Shown: positions 53,285-64,000 of the stretch, piece by piece
Position numbering within the stretch: the first letter of the stretch is position 1
Layout: the number at the start of each line of letters is the position of its first letter
NCBI RefSeq assembly: GCF_006345805.1
Contig: NC_042997.1
Location: 74,090,001 to 74,154,000, forward strand
DNA length: 64,000 nt
From: Octopus sinensis
Lineage: Eukaryota
Direction: 5' to 3'
Position numbers and translations under genes: made by a program
Notes under the pieces: generated by a model
Told to the model about the DNA's origin: nothing
The model's input: the letters and a program-made list of their open reading frames with translations, nothing else
Databases searched by the model: none

Positions 53285-55112
53285 TAGTTTTATTTTTATA
53301 GCATGCTTTCACTTCACTACCGAGCGCAGCTCTGAGTGCCTTGGGTATGTGCTATGATTTGTTGTGATGCTCTGATGGTTACTGTATGGAAAGTGTGCTG
53401 CGTAGGATGTGTGCAGTGCCTAGTAGTGCAATTTTCTGTATGTTATATGTGTTTGTAAGACCTGGTGTTTTTGCAATGTATTTGTCTGAATATTTTTTTA
53501 TCATGCCTAATGCACCTACTATGATAGGAATTGTTTCTGTTTTTAGATTCCACATTCTAGTTACCTCTATTTCCAGGTTTTTGTATTTTGAAAGTTTCTC
53601 TATTTCTTTTAGAGAAACGTTGTCATCTGCTGGTATTGATACATCAATTAGAAAGCAATTTTTTCTTCATGATTTCTGACAACTATATCTGGTTTGTTGG
53701 ACTTAATTTCTCTATCTGTGTGTATTGGCATATTCCAGAGTATGGTTGCTTTCTCGTTTTCTGTGACCTATTCTGGTGTGTGCCTATACCATCTTTTTTC
53801 TGTTGTTTTTCCATAATGTTGGCATAGCTTCCAGTGTATGTAGGTCCCAACTCTGTCGTATCTGTGAATACATTCCTTCATAGCCAGGACAGGGCAGCCA
53901 GAGATAATATGATTTATTGTTTCTTGTCCATCTCCACATATTCTGCAGTTACTTGTTATATTTCTTTTCATTACATGTTTTTGGTAATTTCTGTGCTGCA
54001 ATTAAAAATCCCTCTGTCTCTGCTTTGAGTCCTGAGCTTCTCAACCATTGCTGGGATTTTTCTTTGTGTATTTCTTTTGCATTTAGTTTAATCCAGTATT
54101 TGCCATGAAAGGGCTTTTCTTGCCATCTTTTTATCATGGTCCGTTGCTGTTCTAGTTTTAGTTTGCATTTCATTTGTTTTATAGCTTTTGTTGTGTTTTC
54201 TTCTTCTTCTTCTTCTTCTTCTTCTTCTTCTTCTTCTTCTTCTTCTTCTTCTTCTTCTTCTTCTTCTTCTTCTTCTTCTTCTTCTTCTTCTTCTTCTTCT
54301 TCTTCTTCTTCTTCTTCATATTTGTTAGGTGGTATGATTTCTTGTTTGTATTTTGTCAGCTTCCTTAAATACTGAGAACAATTTTTTGTTTTGCACATGT
54401 TTTGCCGCTATTTGTATCAGTTTTCCTTGCTTCTGAAGTAGGTATTTTTGCAGTCCTACTGTGGTTATTTTATAATAGTTTTCCAGCTTTATAAGGCCTC
54501 TACCACCTTCTATACGTTGTATATATAGCCTTTCTATGTCAGATTTTGGGTGATGCATCCTAGATCCTGTCATTATTTTTCTTGTTTTCCTATCTATTTT
54601 GGTTAGTTCATTTAGCGTCCAGTTAAGGATATTGTAGCTGTAACTGGGACGGCTAAAGTGTTGATACTTATTATCTTGTTTTTAGCATTGAACTCTGTTT
54701 TTAGTATTGATCTAACTCTTTCATTTGTGTGTGTTGTGTCTTATCTAGTTCATGGATTCCTAAATATTTGTAAGTTTGGCATTGGTCTAATTCTCTTATT
54801 TCATTGGCTTTATCTAGTGTGATGTTGCTACTCTTAACTAGTTTTCCTCTTTTCAGGGTTACTTTGGCGCATTTTTCTAATCCAAATTTCATATCTATTT
54901 CTTTAGTAAATCCATGAACTGTCTTTAGTAGTGTTTCCAGCTGTTTGTTATTTGTAGCGTATAGTTTTAGGTCATCCATATATAAAAGGTGGCTGATCGT
55001 TTTGCCGTAACATTTATATCCGCATCCAGTTCTGTTTAGCATATCAGATAGAGGTGACAGTGCCAAGCAGAAAAGGAGTGGAGAGAGCGTGTCTCCCTGG
55101 AATATTCGTCCT
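53228..55112 (-). mobile_element. 5'-truncated R4/Dong LINE with in-frame poly-Glu and (TAA)n tail
   Basis: SHLLYMDDLK, MHHPKSDIERLY, E-run in ORF 53949..54398, CRICG; tail 53228-53280. Confidence 0.9.
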
Positions 55113-55118
55113 CTACTT

Positions 55119-55177
<59 letters not shown>

Positions 55178-55180
55178 TAA

Positions 55181-56084
<904 letters not shown>

Positions 56085-56331
56085 CATTATTATTATTATT
56101 ATTATTATTACGAGCAGAAAGATCGTCCGGAGAGCGGTTTTCTGCTAGCCACTCGATAATATTTCCTCATTTGATTCCCAATTCTAATAATTTTTATAAT
56201 ATTTTACGTCTAATTATTTCTTTGTATAATAGTGCTCACTTGCTTAGTAAATATTGCTTTCATTATTTTATAAATCATAATCTCTCTTTTTTAAAGAGTC
56301 AATTAATAATTGGCAGAACTTACATAGGTGT

Positions 56332-56332
56332 G

Positions 56333-56380
<48 letters not shown>

Positions 56381-56405
56381 TAGATAGATAGATAGATAGA
56401 TAGAT
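56332..56405 (+). repeat. (GATA)n
   Basis: Directly visible. Confidence 0.95.
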
Positions 56406-59400
56406 ATCTTTTTATTATGGCCACACAGGGCTACACACAGAAAATAGACGAAATACAATGTAGAGTTTTTCTTTTCGAGGTGGGATGGGTGGGACATACA
56501 AAGAAAACGTTTGATCAATAGGGATCGTTGGGCCGTGTGGTGTACAAAAAAAGAAAGAAATATATAAAGTTCCCCCAAAAAAGGTGGTGAATCAATATTG
56601 TTCACAGCTTAGGTGTAGCCTTGGAAAGAAAAACCTACAAAAAAGACATAGTTCTAAAAGTACATAAGAGTTAAAAGGAGGACTGGGCATGCCGTGGTTA
56701 ATGATGCGCAGGCATGCACTGAGACTGCGGCATCTCTGGAACTTCATCGATGACGGTGAACAGGTGTGAGCGCCGTTTGTGAGGCGCGCCTTCCCGCAGC
56801 TCGTTTCACTGACCGAACTGCAAACATGGATCAAAAAGAAACCGAAACTGGGCGATTGGCACCTTTCCTCTCGTTATAGATTTATGCTTAAAATGGTGTC
56901 GTCTTTCATACTGACCATTCTTGCCACATTTACCCATTTTTTATTGAAACTTTCATTCGACAACACTTTCCTCTCTATTCTCATCCTCCTTGAAAAAGTT
57001 GACGAGAGACTGACCAGAGAGGAAAGTGTTTGTTTGTAAGCCTTTCAAACGTGTCCACCACACGCATTCTTTCGCCATAGCTATCAGTGTTACGAAAACT
57101 GTTTTTCCTTCCCGTTTAAAGGAAGGTGGCGAAACAATATTCACGATAGACTCGGCCGATAAGCGGGCCCGTCCTACACGCGACAACAGCTGTTCGACGA
57201 AGGTCCACAGCTCTGAAATATCTGGACACTGCACGAGTGCGTGCAGAACAGTTTCGTCGCTCTGACCGCATCTCAAGCAGGTCGGTCCGGTGGTTTTCGA
57301 ACCGTGTCTGTAGATCTCTCGAACTGGTAGTGCGTCCCGATAGCATTGCCAAGCCAGAGATCTCTGAAAGTTATCCATAGGCCCCGGCTCGAACGTCGTC
57401 CTGAAAATGCGGGTTAGGAATTTCTCGTCGACGCTCAGGTTTGCCCCGAGTGTGCCGTCGGACCTCCCCTCCACTAGACCTCTATAGAACGCGTTGGTCG
57501 TTTGTAAGTTGCACAAGTTTGATCTCGAACGACAGAGCTGCTGTAGAGCTTGGCGACACTCTCGGTGCCAATCGCCCAGTTTCGGTTTCTTTTTGATCCA
57601 TGTTTGCAGTTCGGTCAGTGAAACGAGCTGCGGGAAGGCGCGCCTCACAAACGGCGCTCACACCTGTTCACCGTCATCGATGAAGTTCCAGAGATGCCGC
57701 AGTCTCAGTGCATGCCTGCGCATCATTAACCACGGCATGTCCAGTCCTCCTTTTAACGGGTGTTGACAGCAAATGGATCGCCTCACCATCGGAACGCCAC
57801 CCTTCAACAGAAAGCGGAAGAGTATGCGTTCTAGTTTCGTGATGGTAGCATCGGAACAAGGCACGACGGTCAGGTGGTAATCGATGATTGATGCGATATA
57901 CGCATTAGCCACCTCGCCCGACATTTTAGAGACAGCTTTCTCTCGGCCCATGTTTGGCTGAGAGCGACCACTCAACTCGTGATCCCGTCCCAGTTCTTAT
58001 CCATTTGGAGGTCCGGACTGAACCAGACCCCGAGCAATTTAACCGGTCCATCCGTCCAGCGTCCCACTACTGAGCCGCAGTCGGACGGCATGGGTTTGCT
58101 TCTCCAGGTGCCGAGTAGCAAACCCACTGACTTTTCCGGGTTAATTGTCGCTCCCGTCACCGTTTCGTATTCTTTTAGTGTCTCGCCTATCATCTCGATG
58201 TGTTTTTCGCTCGACACTATGACGGTAACATCGTCCGCATATGCCGACACGCTCGTCCCGCAACCCAGTTCCTGTGGGATGCCCCTCAGTGTCGCCAGCT
58301 TCCGCAGTAACGGCTCGAGAGTCAATACATACAGAAGCGCCGACAGGGGACACCCCTGACACCGAACGCGTGATGTCAAACGGTTTCGACAGGTGACCGT
58401 TCACCCGAATCATAGATCGGATGCCGCTATACAAGGCAGCGATCCAACCGCGGAAGACGGGACCGAAGCCAGCCGCCCTGAGGACGGCCGCCAAGTACCG
58501 ATGGTCGACCCTATCGAAGGCTTTAGACTGATCCAAATTGATCAGCACCCCACCCATGCCATCCTTAACTACCCTGTCCACAATGTAGCGCATCAGATGG
58601 AGGTTGTCATGTATGGTTCTGCCCGGCACGGCGCATGTTTGCGCCCTGTCGACCAGTTTACCAATGACAAGCGCCAACCTCTCAGCTATTACTTTGGCCA
58701 AAATTTTCAAATCTGCGTTGAGCAGAGTGATGGGCCTGAAATTATCTATAAAATTCCCCTTGTTTGGGTGTTTCTTCAGCAACGTCACTGCACCTCGGCT
58801 CACGAAACCGGGGATTCTCCCGTTTTGTTGCCAGTTGCAGTAGACTGATGCTAAGAGGTCGCCAAACAAGTCTGGCATTTCACAATACAGCTCGTAGGGT
58901 AGACCATCCAATCCAGGCGACTTATCCCTCGCACATCCTTTCGGGTTCGAGTAAACGGCATCCCTGTAGATCTATTAGAGACCGAATGGTGGTTCTGTTG
59001 CCACGTTGCGCCTCCGCTACCCGGGCCTCTCGCGCAGCTTCGATCCCTTCGTTCCTTAAGGCACGCATTTCAGCTCTGACGACGTTAATATGTATGTTTG
59101 TAGAAAGTGTTGTTGTTTTGTGCGGTGTTTGTGTTGTTGTGGTGTTAGGGGTAGAATTTGTCTTCTCGTCACTGTTATCTGTTTTCTTAGTTGTCGTCCT
59201 TGGTGCTGGTGTTGGTCTGTTTTTTGATGTTGGTTGTGGTTTCGTTTCTTTATTTGGTTGCGACGTCAACGGTAATTGTGTTGGTGCTGTTTCTTTTCTC
59301 GATTTGAATGGTCACCTCTATCGATTTACCAACCCAATTATCATTTTTGAACACGGCAATTTCCAAAATGTTTATTGATTTTAAGTGGTAACATATCGCC

Positions 59401-60605
59401 GATGTTATCCATTTGTTTGGGATTTCCTGCGGGACATTTTTTATTCTTATCTTACTTACTCTTTGGCTTCTGTAATACGGAATCATTATGAGTTCATCAT
59501 TTTGTAGCGTTTCTGTAGAGTGGGCTTTTGCTTCTTCCTGATTATGGAAGCGGACCACCACTGTATTAAACTGGGGACCCCAGTTTATGTATTCTTTTAT
59601 TTTCATGATGTTTTTCGTGCATTTTTCTACGTCCGTTTTTGTTATTTGTTCGTTTTGTTTTTTTTGTTTTTTCTAATAATTCTATATATAATTGTTCTTT
59701 TTTCTATTTCTTCTTTAATGTGTTGTGGTGTATGTAGTAGTAAATTTTGCCCTGAAGTTGTGAAAAGTGATCTTGTCTCTATCAACTCTTCATTTGTGAA
59801 CTGTATAATTTCTTTTTTCTGACGCAGGGTGTCAGCGAAATTCACAGTTCTCTTCTGGCAGTTGTTGTCGTTGTGTGTTTTTGTTGTTGCTGTATCAGAA
59901 TTATTGTTGGTTGTTGTAGTGTTTGTAGCTTTTTCAATGTTAATATTATCATCACCATTAGGTGAGATAATCAAATCTTGCAAAACATCGTGGTCGTTTA
60001 TATTTACTTCATTTTTGTTGTTAACGGTTGTTGTGTCAGTTTTAGTTCTATCATTGGTGTTGGTGGTTGTGGTGGTGGTGGTGTTGATTTCAGTTTTATC
60101 TTTCTTTATATCAGCGTCTTTGTTGACTGTCTTTTCCAAAACAGGGAAGTCCTCCTTAGACAAAATCATAGAATATTGTTCTACGATAAGATTTCTCGAC
60201 ATTTTTTTTTCGAGAAAAATAAAAATCAATTGATGAAAGTGCCCCTAAAGGCGAATTCTACGTATAAAAAACACCCAAACGAAAGTTGGGCGTTTGAAAA
60301 GTTGAAAAACTCCGAAAATGTAAAAAGTAAACAAATGGATGCAAACGAGCGAAAGAGAACAGCGCCTATGCGTTATGAGAAACGCTTTGGCGACATTGTG
60401 TGAAAAACAAGCTATGGCAGCAAAAATTTTGATATATAATCGAGGCTGAACTTGCCCCTAGGGGCAAAATCCCCTCTGGAAAACACACCCAGACGAAAGC
60501 TAGGTGTCTTACACACTCCGTGTGTAAAAATTGAAACGAAACTTTTTCAAAAATACAATAAAAAAAGCTTTTGACTTACGAGCCACTCTGTCAATGAATA
60601 CTATC
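56406..60605 (-). mobile_element. L1/Tx1-clade LINE, internally deleted: 5' UTR-like region, ORF1-like part, RT, C-terminal zinc finger, 3' UTR
   Basis: DGLPYELY, FRPITLLNADLK, LDQSKAFDRV, QGCPLS, AYADDV, CLRCG..ETVLHAL; ORF1-like KIRIKNVPQEIP at 59250..59606; single-element interpretation is inferred. Confidence 0.8.
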
Positions 60606-60611
60606 GATCGG

Positions 60612-64000
<3,389 letters not shown>

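Overview
Eukaryotic, apparently gene-free, microsatellite-rich region made almost entirely of nested transposable elements. The SINE sequences and repeat landscape suggest a coleoid cephalopod (octopus), which is an inference. Contents: about 10 R4/Dong-clade (REL endonuclease) LINE copies sitting in (TAA)n tracts, one near full length at ~11.9-16.1 kb; three L1/Tx1-clade LINE pieces, two abutting (GATA)n; three Neptune-type and two Naiad/Chlamys-type Penelope-like elements (PLEs); Gypsy LTR remnants including a small TRIM-like element; Helitron fragments and non-autonomous Helitrons; tRNA-derived SINEs. No intact host gene was recognised. Unannotated structure found by reading: five intact-core and three degenerate type I hammerhead ribozymes, some with unusually long stem II inserts; possible (GATA)n-targeting Tx1 elements; two 5'-truncated Dong copies that start at the same zinc-knuckle position with a short tandem duplication; a mini LTR element whose PBS region is complementary to its own LTR; a Dong subfamily with an in-frame poly-Glu (GAA)n; and repeated fold-back inversions in unrelated elements. 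Boundaries were read by eye and are approximate unless stated.
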